Of a DNA stretch of 64,000 nt, positions 1 to 13,298 are shown piece after piece. The notes beneath the pieces were generated by a model, which did not search any database, had not been told where the DNA came from, and was given only the letters and a program-made list of their open reading frames with translations. The position numbers and the translations under genes are program-made. The stretch is from positions 1-64,000 of the forward strand of contig NW_027271785.1 of assembly GCF_040938485.1 (NCBI RefSeq), read 5' to 3'. The number at the start of each line of letters is the position of its first letter. Within the stretch, counting starts at the first letter, position 1. The DNA comes from Diadema antillarum (Eukaryota).

Positions 1-235
1 AAAGGTATGTTCGCGTCGTTCAAACTCAAAGGTATGTTCGCGTCGTTCAAACTCAAAGGTATGTTCGCGTCGTTCAAACTCAAAGGTATGTTCGCGTCGT
101 TCAAACTCAAAGGTATATTCGCGCCGTGCAAACTCAAAGGTATTGTATGTTCGCGCCGTGCAAACTCAAAGGTATGTTCGCGCCGTGCAAACTCAAAGGT
201 ATGTTCGCGCCGCGCAAACTCAAAGGTATGTTCGC
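1..235. repeat. 27-bp minisatellite (AAAGGTATGTTCGCGTCGTTCAAACTC)n, about 8 copies, cut by the window edge
   Basis: Four identical 27-mers at 1-108, then variant copies (GCGCCGTG), one with a 5-bp insertion. This array produces the spurious MFASFKLKG ORF. Confidence 0.95.
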
Positions 236-1479
236 TGAGGCAGTATCCGTTGTTCTCTCTCACTGCCGCACAGATCCTTAGAGAAGACCTCCGGATGATT
301 TTCAGATTTACAACTATAAATTAGTTCTACTGAGGACAGAGTTTCAGAATTTGTGATGATTGGGATGAAGAATAAGAATATTTTCAAAATTTAGAACAAA
401 TTGCAATGAGCAAGGATGATGACATGGCAGAGTCACCATAACAATGCATGAGTTGGGGCTCAAGGAAGCAGAACAAAAGAAGAAGGCATGCATAGATTAT
501 ACACAGGTGAACCCGAAAGCAAGCGGTATTGTAATGAAATTACACTGCTACATTTCTGAAATATGTGAACCTCCTATGTCATCATCCTTGTTCAGTGTGA
601 TTTGTTTAAGGTTTTTCAAAGTATTGTTTCTCTGCTCACGAACCACAATAAATTCCATAAATCTATACATGGAGTTGTCGATTTATGTACTACATGATGT
701 GAAATTATGAAAATCGTCTAGAATATCCCTTTAAAAGAAACTCCACAATGTAAATGCATTGACCTGAGTGGATTCATTATACGTTCAGCATTACTGAGGT
801 AGCAAGTTAAGTATCTTTATATTGTTGCATATTTTATGATACTTTTTCAACTATTTTTCTTCAAGTTACTTGGATACACCCACAAAAAAAAACTCCCATA
901 ATCCAATCTCAGTCTCTTTATTCATTTAAACATAAACTTAAACTAGTTTTTCTGAATTCATATCTATAGCTATTCTTCAATCCTCCTCGATATTCTCTGT
1001 TCATACTTCACATTACTGACATTATCGATTATGTAACATGTGCCTCGCTCGTGATTTCTATATTATCTCCTGAACTTCCTTTGTACACATTTGGTATCTC
1101 TGCTATTGTACACTGCATCTGACTTGTACCTCGCTCGGGTGATCACGCAACTCTCAAGAAGTCTGTGCCGCGGACATTGTTTTCTTTGTTTTTTTTTTTC
1201 TTTTTCTTTTTACTTTTTGGCGTTTATATTTCTCCAATTCACAAATTGTCATTCCTTTAATTACATAACCAAGTAAGAAATAATCTCACACCCGCATCTG
1301 GGAATCTACACCCTACAAGCAATGCTTTTATGTAGATTCCTCATATTTCACATGTTTTATTGTCTTATAAGCTGTACTTGACAATTCATCCAGGCTTTTG
1401 TATTATGATGTTTATGTTTTATGTATTTGTTGAAATGTGGAATATGGAACAATAAAAACAAAACAAAACAAACAATAGC

Positions 1480-1744
1480 AAGATTCTGCCAGTGACATCC
1501 GTAAATCACTTCGAAAATACTAATATGACTTACAAAAGACATTGGAATGAACCTTTCCCTTGATTGAGCATAATAATAGCTTGCATGATTCCATGCTACT
1601 AACACTATTTACAAAATATAGTGCAGGGAAACATGCAAGTTATATCTATGGGAAGATGCATTCCAACAGTAACGTCTTTTGTAAATCATTATTAAAAGAC
1701 CTAATCTTGCAATGATTGAAAGATGATGTCACTGGCAGAATCTT
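1480..1744. mobile_element. MITE-like element with 20-bp perfect terminal inverted repeats
   Basis: AAGATTCTGCCAGTGACATC (1480-1499) is the exact reverse complement of GATGTCACTGGCAGAATCTT (1725-1744). No clear TSD. Confidence 0.5.
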
Positions 1745-1837
1745 ATTTGGAAGTTTTTTATGGGTGTACCCAAATATTCAGAAGAAAAATGTCATAAATA
1801 TTACTAAGCACGGATATTTCTTTGGCCACATATGTGA

Positions 1838-1960
1838 TGATTCAATTCAATTCAATTCAATTCAATGTGGTTTATTGTGCAAATAAAAAAAAATAACAAT
1901 CCAGCAGCTCGTTATAAAGGCTGATACGGTTGTTTTACATCAGACTCATAAAAATGAAAT
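1838..1960 (-). mobile_element. LINE (CR1/L2-like) 3' end remnant
   Basis: On the - strand, AATAAA is directly followed by a (TTGAA)n tail, the usual form of CR1/L2-type 3' ends. No ORF is left. Confidence 0.4.
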
Positions 1961-3086
1961 TAAAATGACACTGATAGTATAAGCAGACGTGAAAATTAGA
2001 AAAAGAAGAAGAAGATATTATACACATCAGACCTGAGCATCAAAAAATGGGATAGGTGAGAATATTGCACAACAGGTTTTTAAGAAGATATGTACGTGTA
2101 TAGAGAATAACAAATATGGCAAGATTGAGAAGAGAAGGGCAAGGAAGTAAAAATGTAGAAGTGGGCAAATAATTTCAATGCCTAAAAACATGATCAGGGT
2201 TTTATGAATTAATACGCGTCAACATGCACTTGCATTGCTTAGTACCTTTAAGGCTAGTACGTTTTACAGCACTTTTCGATATCATCGCATTCAACTGTTC
2301 TGACTCCATCGTCAGAACAGTTGATTTGTTGGTTAAATAGCGCCATCAGCCGGACGATTGGGCAAACTACTTTACATTCGACGCTGAGCAGCTTCCTTTC
2401 TTATGAGCTCAAAGCTCATTTCAAACCCCAATGCTGAGAAAGAGTGTTTAAATCGCAAGTGATTCTTTAAATTCTACCTTTTTGATAGAACTCAGTTGAT
2501 CTGCTTTTGTATGTATAAAAAGACACAATTTTATTTTGCAGTATTTATTGTAACTCATGTATGTTTGTTTCTTTGTTGTTTTTTTAACACAAAGTAGAAG
2601 TAAATTAAAATCAATTAAATCAATCAATTCATGAGTTATTGCCAGACAAAGGTCGGACAAGTTTATAATTCCATTCAATTCAATTCGAATCAATTTCAAT
2701 TTAACAAAAGGTAATACATAATAGAAAGTGTTTGACAAATAATATTGCTTAGTTATAAAAAATACAAATACTTTGTACCCCCTCCCCCCCAAAAAAAGAA
2801 GAAATATCGCGAAGTAAAACAGTGATCTACTGAAAAGGAAACTTTTATGCAAATAACGTATTTATCCAAAATTGATCCGTGCAGAGCGAGAATTATTTGA
2901 TTAACGGTTTGATAGTACATGTATATAAAGCAAGGCTATATAAAACATATTGAAATTAACACTAATTTCAAATTACAGAAGAATACAAATAAGATATGAT
3001 ATCACTGTTACAGCACTGCAGGCACCCATTCATGGAGCCGTGTGTATTGGAGGAAATATGGTGACAAAAACAACAATATATACGCG

Positions 3087-3324
3087 NNNNNNNNNNNNNN
3101 NNNNNNNNNNNNNNNNNNNNNNNNNNNNNNNNNNNNNNNNNNNNNNNNNNNNNNNNNNNNNNNNNNNNNNNNNNNNNNNNNNNNNNNNNNNNNNNNNNNN
3201 NNNNNNNNNNNNNNNNNNNNNNNNNNNNNNNNNNNNNNNNNNNNNNNNNNNNNNNNNNNNNNNNNNNNNNNNNNNNNNNNNNNNNNNNNNNNNNNNNNNN
3301 NNNNNNNNNNNNNNNNNNNNNNNN
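3087..3324. other. assembly gap (N run)
   Basis: Run of N; it could hide an upstream SLC5 exon. Confidence 1.
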
Positions 3325-3706
3325 TTATATTGCGCAGCTCCTATGATACTATACTGCGCATACAAATTATATACAAATGACGCGATATTGTAGCAAGACC
3401 AAAGAAGGCTATGACATATTCATCTATGCATCACAAAGAAAAATGAGAAAATGAGAACAAGCAGAAAAAGAAGAGAACTCAGTGAATACGCCACTCCATC
3501 GTCAGGACAGCTGGAAGTACGAAAGCTATTACATATACATATAGGCAACTCAACTATCTAATATTTTATAGATAAAACAATATTTTCTAAGTTCATATTG
3601 AATTGTAATGAACTTATGAGTTTGTTTTTTTATAAACTAATTGCCGACGATAATGTGGGTAAGAAAAGTATACGATACTAGTATGTATGTAATTGTGTAT
3701 TATCAG

Positions 3707-3822
3707 CATGTATGTCTGTTCGTGTATGTGTTTGTGTGTGTGTTTGTTTGTGTTTGTTTGTGTGTTTGTGTGTGTGTGTTTGTTTGTGTGTGTATGTGTG
3801 TGCGTGTGTGTGTGTTTGTGTG
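3707..3822. repeat. (TG)n/(TTTG)n compound microsatellite
   Basis: Direct reading. Confidence 0.9.
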
Positions 3823-4344
3823 AACTAGTTCAGGAGCAGCTGGGAAGCCACAATGACCCTACTTGAGACCCAGCTGTTGTCTCATTGTGCCTGACCTATG
3901 GACAGATAAAAATTGTAATAGATATTCAAATGAACGCACGGGCTCAAAATGTTGTTACAAAAGTAAAGGAGAGGGGGTCTATTGGGTAGAAATCATTTTT
4001 GGCGTCAAGGGGTTATGCTCCATCCCTCCCCCGCCCACCACTCATCCCAAACCTTTCCTTCTGAAGAACTCATGTATGGGAACCTCCTGAAAATCGAGTT
4101 ATTTTTGTTTTGTTTTGTTTTGTTTTGCTTTGCTTTGCTTTGCTTTGTTTCAGTGTTTTCTGAAAGAACGAAAGTGGGTGTGTGTATTTATGTGTGTATG
4201 GGGGAGGTTGCAGTCTTGTATGAAATTATGAATTAAAATTTTATTTTAAAAAAAAGAGAAAAAAGTGTAAACTAAACGAAATTATTATTACAAGGGAGAT
4301 TCCTAATGGCAGCTTATATTAATATCTCAATGTTTGCTGTGCAG

Positions 4345-4571
4345 GGAGCTCTGTCCGGTCTGGTGTCAAGTGTCCTGTTTGTTGGCTGGATCAGGATTGG
4401 GGCGATGGTATACCCGTCTGTCACAGGAAAAAACGTCCTCTCCGTAGATGGCTGTCCGGTCTACAATACATCTGAGACTGCGATGATCAACAGCACAACT
4501 ATATTCTATGCCTCGGACACATCCCCCCTTTACACTACTACACAATCAGTGGCGATGGAACAAAGCGAGGA
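4345..4571 (+). CDS. SLC5 sodium:solute symporter (SLC5A8/SLC5A6-like), internal exon
   Basis: Acceptor tgtgcag|, donor |gtaggt, phase 0 to 2. Translates GALSGLVSSVLFVGWIRIGAMVYP...DGCP..NTS, typical of the late TM helix and Cys-containing extracellular loop of SLC5A8/A6. Confidence 0.85.
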
Positions 4572-5611
4572 GTAGGTCGTAGTTGTTAACATGATGAAAC
4601 AAAAAAGTTGAGAGAGTAGTTTAATCAATTCATGCTATAGCATTATGAGCAATTACTTAGTGGTACTTTACATAGAATACACACGTGCAAAAAGAAAACT
4701 AGCCGAAAACAAATTCACATGAATGTGTGTGTGTGTGTGCGTTATATCAGGTGAAATTTTGATGAAACGTGTTTGAATATACTCTACAGTTGCAAAATGC
4801 ACTTGTGGTATAGCGTGAGATCGTGTAACGAATGTTCTACGAAAACGTTCAAAGAACCAAGCATTTTAATCCTTTTTTTCTTTGGGGGTGGTTAGTTTTG
4901 GTGATATTTCTAATGTAGCAGCAAAGCTCCATTATTATAAGAATCGTGAACATCATATTGGCAAGAATGTTTGGTGTAAATGGGCATAGAGAGCACTTGT
5001 GCCTTTTTGCAGCAAATGGGGAGATGATGTAATATATCTTGTGAGGGAAACTTGTCCCAACTTTTAGGACGCAATGTGCATCACCTCATTCTAAGGCTGA
5101 TGATTTTGTAAATGTAATGTGAGGATTTTTTTTTTTTTTTTTTTGGGGGGGGCGGTAAAATCTTTAGCTATCTTTCACTGCTTATGGTCTTCCACATGGC
5201 CACATAACGCGTTGAAGACGAGTCCCGAGTATACTCGGGCAGGTTTTTCTATGATAAATGTGGGTTGTATAGCAAAATCAGCCCGTCCTCAATGGGCCTA
5301 CGGCCTGCGGGCTTCAAAGGACCTAGTGGACAACTATAAGACCTTAGCAGAGATAACCACAAGGAGAAAATGCAGGCAAAAGAAAATATGCAGAATGGGG
5401 AGATAATGCAGGTAAAAGAAGAAAGGAGATTAAAATGTCAGCAAAAGAAAAAAAGAAGAATATCATGTGTGATTATTAATGAGAAAAAAATATCGAGAAT
5501 TAGAATTATCATTTGAAAATTTGACCTTAAAATCTTCAGTCAGTTTCACTGGTATATGAAGCAATATTCACATCATAGCTTCTGTTTACTTTTGTTTTAT
5601 CTTCTCGAAAG

Positions 5612-5712
5612 TCCACCGGTGGCTGAGCTTTACCACATATCATTTCTCTACTATGCACCAATCGGGGCCATCATAAGTGTCCTCGTTGGAACGATAGTCA
5701 GCACCATCACTG
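5612..5712 (+). CDS. SLC5 symporter exon (last TM helix)
   Basis: Acceptor ctcgaaag|, donor |gtatag, phase 2 to 1. Translates PPVAELYHISFLYYAPIGAIISVLVGTIVSTITG, matching the LYxISYLYY..IG..VS.ITG motif of SLC5A8/A6. Confidence 0.9.
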
Positions 5713-6612
5713 GTATAGTTCACATTCCATTATAATCAACGCCAATATTTATGAAACAAGCACTATCATTGGCCGCTAATTAAACCAAGCAGAAGTCATA
5801 AAAAATCACGTTTAAGATTCGCACGTTCTTAACAGCCATAGAGATATATCGTAGTTTTAAAAATTATATCTCAAATGAGATATCTCCGATGATCATTACC
5901 TTTGATGAGAAAATGTCAGTGATTCTTTAAAGGCATAATTCCCCATTTGCAGATGAAACAAAAATCCAGCTTTAGTGCTGCAAAATAGTTCTAAAATGTG
6001 TGTTAGGGATAGAAACAACCAATGTAAAAATTTGAATCAGTATGAATAATGTTAAGTATTCTTAAATGTAACAAAAATGTGAACAATACTTACGATAAAA
6101 ATGTTTCTCGACTTAAATGTCTACAGTTATGGTTTACTGAGAAAAATGGTGATACCTCCTTTTATTTTAGGCTTTATTGCAAAATGTTTACATGGTAGGA
6201 TGTTTTGTGATGCAACTGACCTACACTTTTATGCTAACTGCAATGATTATAATAACAGCAGGTGAATACAAGTCCTCATTATATTGAAGTCGCATGTTCA
6301 ACACTAACGAAAATAGAAAAGAGTGTAAGCCAGTGTTACTAATGTTCCTGTGCCAAAGACGCAATGTGGTTTCGATTCAAAATAAATTCTGGTATATGCT
6401 CAAAAATGCTCGGTAAAATTCAAATACAAATACGCGCATTGGAATATTTGCGATCTAGACTAATCCGCTGTTGCCGTCGTTATTATATTGCATTAATGAC
6501 ATTGAATACATAAGATTAGTGACAGAAGTTTTTGAGCATTATTCATGCCATCGTAACCCATCGATGAGTCTAACTAAGCATTGTATGTTATACATCATGA
6601 TATCCCACTCAG

Positions 6613-6740
6613 GTTCCGTCGAGACAGACAAGAGAGATATGAAGTTAATGTCGGACTTTCCTGATGCTGTCTGCTGTTGTTTCTCGGAGCCGATCAAACA
6701 AACACTGAGATGCGGAAATGAGAGGATAGTGGATGTCGGG
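6613..6740 (+). CDS. SLC5 symporter exon (cytoplasmic tail)
   Basis: Acceptor cactcag|, donor |gtgaga, phase 1 to 0. Translates GSVETDKRDMKLMSDFPDAVCCCFSEPIKQTLRCG, like the D.KL...CCC.P..K..LRCG tail of invertebrate SLC5A8-like proteins. Confidence 0.8.
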
Positions 6741-7264
6741 GTGAGAATCATAAGATTGCCCTCTCTCATCTTCTGTGTTTCATCAAATCAAATCAAATCA
6801 AGTCAAGTGCATCATCACAAATTATCATCTTTAGGATGAAGTTTTTGAAATATAAAAAAGTCTTCCTTATTAATGCCATAACCATATAATCACAAGAGGC
6901 AAAATATTATCTGCGTTTTGTTTTACCTCAATGCGAATGCACATATAAGCTGCATGATTTAAATAGACTCAAATTTCGTTATCAGCCATGATTTTCTATT
7001 ATGAGAAAAGTGCTGTTATATCATCAAGCATCACTTTGTATGTTCATTGTGACGGCCCTTGCCACATGGAACATTTCATGGAAGAGAAAATTCAGTAATG
7101 TACTGTATTTTGTATCTTAATGATTTATTAAATTTCTTTCTGAAACGTGATTTTTTTGTAGAAAATCTATGATTTTACCAAAGTATTTGTATCAAGTCGT
7201 GTTATTTTCGTTTGTAGATAAATTGCATTATTGAAAAATATGAATTCAAATTGAATTGACATAT

Positions 7265-7594
7265 TGGCCCGAATTCACGAAGGTGGTACAAATGAAACCA
7301 TGGTTTAAACCATGGACAAAAACCATGGAGCGCCAAGTGTCGCACGGAATATTTCGTTACGAAATTGGTCATTTCGTCGAAAAAATGACCGTTTCGTTAA
7401 TAAAATTATCATTTCGTGGACGAAATTTTCATTTAGTTACAAAATGTTGTCATTTCGTTACAAAATAATCATTTCATCGACGAAATGACTGATTTCGTAA
7501 GGAAATATTCCATAATGACACTTGGCGCTCCATGGTTTTTGTCCATGGTTCTAAACCATGGTTTCATTTGTACCACCTTCGTGAATTCGGGCCA
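7265..7594. mobile_element. foldback/MITE element with long inverted arms (intronic in SLC5)
   Basis: The first ~78 bp (TGGCCCGAATTCACGAAGGTGG...) are an almost perfect inverted copy of the right end. Imperfect symmetry continues to ~145 bp, with internal CATTTCGT subrepeats. Confidence 0.85.
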
Positions 7595-7815
7595 TAGTGT
7601 TTGATTATAGCGATTGCGATTAATCGTTAGTTTACAAGCAACGAGTCGAGATATGGAAATTTGTTTATAATTATTATCTTTAACAGGATATCTGACTGGC
7701 AACATATTTCTTTTTTTTTGCAACACTATTTAGCAATCTTCTAATATCTTTAAAAGGCCTGCCACCGTTTCTGCAGTTATACTTTGACTTGTACATCTCA
7801 ATTTTTCAACAACAG

Positions 7816-7989
7816 GAGGACGAAATCGATGTTGCAGGCGACACCGATGACGAGGAAGAGATCGTGACCGACATGAAGTACATCAAGATGTCGGAGAAAG
7901 GCTTTGCAAACGGTGATACGGCGAGCCACGAGAGAATGCTTCCAAAGAAAGAACCGGATGTGTGGATCTATAGAGGAACGGACGTATAG
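7816..7989 (+). CDS. SLC5 symporter terminal coding exon
   Basis: Acceptor tttttcaacaacag|, phase 0. Acidic tail EDEIDVAGDTDDEEE...IYRGTDV ends in TAG. Confidence 0.7.
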   Translation, partial: EDEIDVAGDTDDEEEIVTDMKYIKMSEKGFANGDTASHERMLPKKEPDVWIYRGTDV

Positions 7990-8949
7990 GACTCTTTGCA
8001 CAGCCCGTCATCTCCCAGCAACTTGTAATGTGCGTGAAATGCACCGTTGACCATGTGCCTTTCCACGACTTAAGTTGGATTTCAAAGTTCATATCTGAGC
8101 GGTATGCCAGCTCGAAGACTGGTGTTAGTTTCAAGGTGATTGCTGAATTGTTTGTATGTTTATTATGACCTGACATTCATCAGTTTAGTGGGTGAACATC
8201 AAGAGACTTTTATGCATGGTTATTGTGATCAACACCATTTTGGTGCTTGACCCTACATTCTCTCAACGTGCTTAAGAAGATCCATGGCTCAAAATGTATA
8301 GACTTTAAGTATCAAAGCACTATTTCATACAAAGAGTTGCTGATCTGACCATATATAGTTTACATCGAAATATGCCATTTGAAAATTCCAGTAAAGCTTA
8401 TGACCATTAACAGTAGGCCTAAAGTTGAAGTCAAGGAAAACACAGTGAATATTGACTGTGATGATATTTTGTATTGTGCAGTGATACAGTGTAATATCAA
8501 ACTGTAATAAAGCAAAATTCGATTCGTACAAATATTCATAAGAACTATTTTTGTACAAATATAAGCCAACTTATAGACCATCCCATTGTGTAATATTTGC
8601 AAGCCATTACTTAGTGTGAGTGAAAGCTGTTGGCTTCGTTTTGTTTACCTTAACGGTTTCTGATGTTACCCACAATAAACATCATAGCATGAAAATTGCG
8701 GAGAAGGGAACAATATTCTCAATTTGATATTTCTAAATATGGTAAAATAAGTCCTGAGCTCTCCATCCTGGCAGTATCCTTTATACATGGAGTCCTTGAT
8801 GGATCTTGAGATGCCCTCACCTTCTAGAGTAATTCACAAATTTTACAAGCTGTGCTTTTCTTGTGAATTCCTCTTTTCCGTGTAGAGTTATAAATTAAGA
8901 TTGTATTGCTTACTTGTTTATTTATCCAAACCAGAGTTGATATCATTAT

Positions 8950-9093
8950 AAAAATTGTATTCATGTTTTGTTGAAACGTACGTGATTCAAAGTTCCTTTA
9001 AATCTTATTATTATGTACTCATGTAAGCGTCATGTATGTTACTTTGTATTACTTTATATGGAAATAAAATCATTGAATTGAATTGAATTGAAT
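8950..9093 (+). mobile_element. LINE-like 3' end remnant
   Basis: TG/T-rich stretch ending AATAAAATCA(TTGAA)n. Confidence 0.35.
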
Positions 9094-12000
9094 CCTACTC
9101 GTCAGAGGTAAAATGACAGGTACCTAAAGCAAACATACATATATATTGACCACAGACACACAACAAGACAACATGCACCAACGAGGAGGGGCCAAGGATG
9201 TACTATGAACAGTGAGAACAAAAAGGGACAGGCTTGGCATTCATTTCACTCCGTTGGCTTGGCTTTTTAATATGCGATATGCAGTGTTAAACAGCTTTGT
9301 TCCTGCCTCTTTAACCAGAGTATGAATCGAGTTATAGATCAAACAAAGAGAACAGTGAGTGTCCATTTGCTATCGGATATAAAAAGCGAAAGAAATAAAC
9401 AACAACACTTGCTGACAATTTATTTTGTGGTATCATCATGTGTATTTCTGAGGCTATCATCCTCGTCAAGCATCTGCTTATGACAATGGTCTCTTGTATT
9501 TCTATTACGCTTAGATTTGCTTGATTTCTACCTTGACCGCATTTACGCGAATCAAAGTTTTGATATGCATAAAATAACACCTGCTCGTATTCATTTTGTA
9601 TTATCGAGAAAAGCAATGCTGTATATCAAGTCAACCTGCTTCCAAGTATTGCCACTGTTAGCTTAATATATTACTCAATAACTTTGTTCAGTACTAAAAA
9701 TTTCTTTACAAAATTTCAAATTTGTCATGAAAACATCTGTATAGAGCATGTCATTCTTGTTCATATAGTTAGAGTTTGGTGATGCTTATGTGTCAGGTCC
9801 TTTTCTCTTATTGTTTTATTTTGAAGTCTACATGGATGTTTTCATTTCTATAATGTGCAGAATACCAATTGCCATTTCCAATTAGATGTGTTTGTTCCAT
9901 GTGGATTTTGCTTTTCTTTGAAATCTTGTTCTACCAATGTCACTTTCGTATTACATCTTCACAAGCATTTTCGGACCATTAAGCCAATGAGGGTTTGTCT
10001 TAAAAATAGTCTTTGTAGTGGCTTAAAATAGGCTAGATGTTATAAGCACGGGCGCATGAGCAAATAAAGGTCATTTACACTAAACACCGCGATGTCATTG
10101 CAGAAATCCACTGAATTCAAAATGAGCTGCGCCTATGGAATCTCTGTGATTATCATTAATGCATGGAACCTTGGCAAATACCGTTAAATGCAGCTGGAAA
10201 CTTCCCTTTTCCAATGAGAACACAAAAGACGTACTCGAAACTCTGAAAAAAACACCAACAACTAGTAACATACGTGGATATCGTAAGCCCACCATGCTCA
10301 CTCGTGAGTTCATGATTCTATTTTGCTGCGAGCATGTCATGCAGAAGCCCCATATTTTTTTGTCTTTTTTTTTATTTAACAGCTGGTACCTTTGTACTGT
10401 ATTATGGCGACTGAATTGCCATGTTGACAGTGTTAGCGATGCTGATAAGTGTTCAATGTGAATAATATTATTTCGTTGATTAAGCAAGGATTATTTTATG
10501 TCTGTTGTGTGCGTTTATATTTCATGCCCTAGACGTTCCATGGCTTAACAAGACGCCGTTTTACAACTTAACCCAAATAGTCTATCAGGAGTTTGTAAGT
10601 TGTACCGGGTTGAAGCTTTGTAGGAAAAACATTTCAATGGTAGGCCTACTATTAGTGTTTGTGAAATGCAGCTATAGTGGTCTGTAGCGGTTTTTCACCA
10701 TTGTTCACGGTGAAATGATTTTTTTATTCTGTTAAAACTGATACTGTGACATGTTTTTGTACATACCTAATAAGCTGCTTACTACATTCAAGTGTGATTT
10801 CTAATTGCCAGTCACTTTCTCCCAGAAAAGGTTAAGATTAAGATTTCATGCAATACAAATACGGTTTGAAAAGTCAGTCTCATAAATCTGTATTCATAAT
10901 CTTCCAAATTACCATGGATTGATGTGAATGTCTGAGCTTCGGTAATAAGGCATACTGTATATGGATAAGAAAGAACGATAAATATGTATGGGTTGGTATG
11001 CTAGCATCATACACAGTTCTAAAAGATGTGGAAATAAAATTGTTTATTTTCCATATTTCTGTAAGTTTTGTTGTATAAGTATCAGTGTCTGTGTCTGTGT
11101 CTGTGTCTGTGTGTGTGTAAATGATTCGCAGGAAATGTGTGTGCGAACCATGTCAGAATTTAGACATTAAATTTGGCCATCAAGTCGTGAAACTATAACT
11201 ACTGCTTTTCCAAACTTCATATTGCGGAAGTTTCAAAGATTTTCAAAATGAGTACTTCATACAACGTTTCGTATTTTTTTTTAAGGGTCATATCATTTTG
11301 TCTAAGAAGAGCTTCCGATCACATCTACGATTTTGGGGAATTCAATTTATAAATCAGTTTCTAAGGTCAAGGACAGCTTAATCGAATATCCTAATGGATT
11401 ACACAATATTTTCCTCTTTATTATCATTCATTTCTTATTGACAATGACTTTAGTTTATAGATTTGCGAAATCAAATCAGAAAGTGCCGTTTTAAATGCTA
11501 TGCTGACAACAAGTCCAGAAATGCCATACATGAAATAAACCTGGCGAATCAGATCGACATTTATTGCGCTGCAAGCTTTTTTACCTTTACGTTATAACCT
11601 CCCGCGGAGCTGCGCAACCCTTTTCGATGGGTGTTGAACCGACATCTTTTTCAATAAGCGGGACTGCCTTTGTTGAACGCTAGGCAGGTGCACACGCGGC
11701 GAGAGGCCTTTTTGGAGGTGTAGAATACGACAACGTCACTGATAGTAGCTTCTCCTCTTCATCGATATGCTGTAATTGGCGAAGACGACACCAAATATCA
11801 CGTCCTTGCTGTCAGGAGATTCTAATGAAAGAATCATGACAGATTTTATTTATGGATATACTTAGGTGGAGAATGATCTCGATCTCCAAATCGACACCAT
11901 TCTACAGTTCAGACCATTCCCACGCATAGTTTAGACAATACCACAAAAAGGTGCATTTTCTGAGTTTTCCCGCCTTTATAATCAAAAGCCAGGAGCTATC

Positions 12001-12454
12001 CTTCCATTTTCTTTGGACATTAGAATATCATCGTGTGACGTTGTTCTTCGTGGTTCAATATCAGCTCGGCTAAAGATAGATAAAGTTAGGAACACATTTC
12101 TTGGCAAATACACAAGTTCACAACTGACGCGAAGTGTGTGATTATTGACTGGTCACCGTATATCAGTGGACAAAATGAATTCTAAGGAATTTTTAGGGCC
12201 TAAGTATCATCAAATCTAGATCAGTTCTAAATCCAAATTATGCAAACAAAATAACTTATATAGGTATAACTTCCTCTAACCACCCTTTACTTGGTATTAA
12301 TTGCCCCCTATTCTATGATAATTGAAGAGATGACGCAGTATCAAGTAAATAAAAGAAACCTGTACACAGACATATTATACAAGCATAAGTGAGACGTTTT
12401 TGATTGTTTGACCTTCTGACTGCTGGATATGTGACACATGTTATAGGTTCTCCG

Positions 12455-13170
12455 GGAGATGTTCATTATTCCGAAGGTTCGTTAATCCGAAAATGAACAG
12501 AACCTTATAATCTGCCAAACACAAGTCCTCCTCAGATGTCCCTGTTATATACCATTGTGTCTATTCTCTCCTTCTTTTATGTCCGCTCTTCTGCATTCTT
12601 ATGTGTACACAATATGTACACAATTCTTTGCAGTATATATTCAATCCAGGTTGCATCTTATCATTTAATTTTTACTCTTATATTCTGGAATCCGATTTGC
12701 TTGTGTTCGTGATGGCACGTGTTGTCGCTTCATTATTTTCTCTCTCTTTTTTCTTGTTTTTCCTCCTTTTTTCCTTCCTAATTTTATCCCGTGTCAGTTG
12801 ACATTGGTTCCTTAATTTGTTTTTATATCTGTGTGTCTGCTTGTTGTTCCATTAATTCATTATTCGTTCTCTTGTGTATTTTCTGAGGATCCCATTCCAT
12901 TCCTATCCTTATTTTATTCATTATGCATATATGAATACATGAAAAAATGCAATTGCGTTTTCTTCATTTTGTTACTCATTGTCACGTGTATTTTGTTTAT
13001 TTACGTTTTTTGCAATTATTACAAATATGTTTTGCTTATACATTGTATATAATTTTTTCTATTTATTTGATGGAAATGAAAATAAATCTAAACTTTGAAC
13101 TTCGAACCTTCGGAATTACGAACCCCCTTTTTTCATTTTCGGATTAAAGAACCTTGGAATAACCAACTGT
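12455..13170. mobile_element. non-autonomous element bounded by inverted GTTATTCCGAAGGTTCGTTAATCCGAAA arrays
   Basis: The motif is forward at ~12465-12498 and reverse at ~13100-13170. The same motif family recurs at 13420-13480 and 20290-20670. Confidence 0.55.
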
Positions 13171-13263
13171 AATCACTTCATTATGGCACACTCCCCCCCC
13201 CCCCCCCCCCGCATACATCGTCAGTCCATGTAATTTGGCAATACACAATGTATGCGTGTGTGC

Positions 13264-13298
<35 letters not shown>

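Noticed and set aside
1-235. CRISPR-like repeat array
   Set aside because: The repeats are contiguous with no unique spacers, there are no cas genes, and the context is eukaryotic.
7-324. 105-aa ORF of MFASFKLKG repeats
   Set aside because: Translation of the 27-bp minisatellite; no splice context or homology.
9210-9222. miR-375 seed match (GAACAAA) downstream of the SLC5 stop
   Set aside because: A 7-mer expected by chance in AT-rich DNA, and it is not known whether the 3' UTR reaches this far.
9330-10500. Possible decayed LINE ORF2 (QVDLIY, PHWLN and GD-LNCHVD-like fragments)
   Set aside because: The fragments are on different strands, at wrong spacing, and need frameshifts; too weak to call.
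11500-12300. CpG-richer block suggesting a transposase or THAP fragment
   Set aside because: No open frame or motif that I can recognise, and the termini do not pair convincingly.
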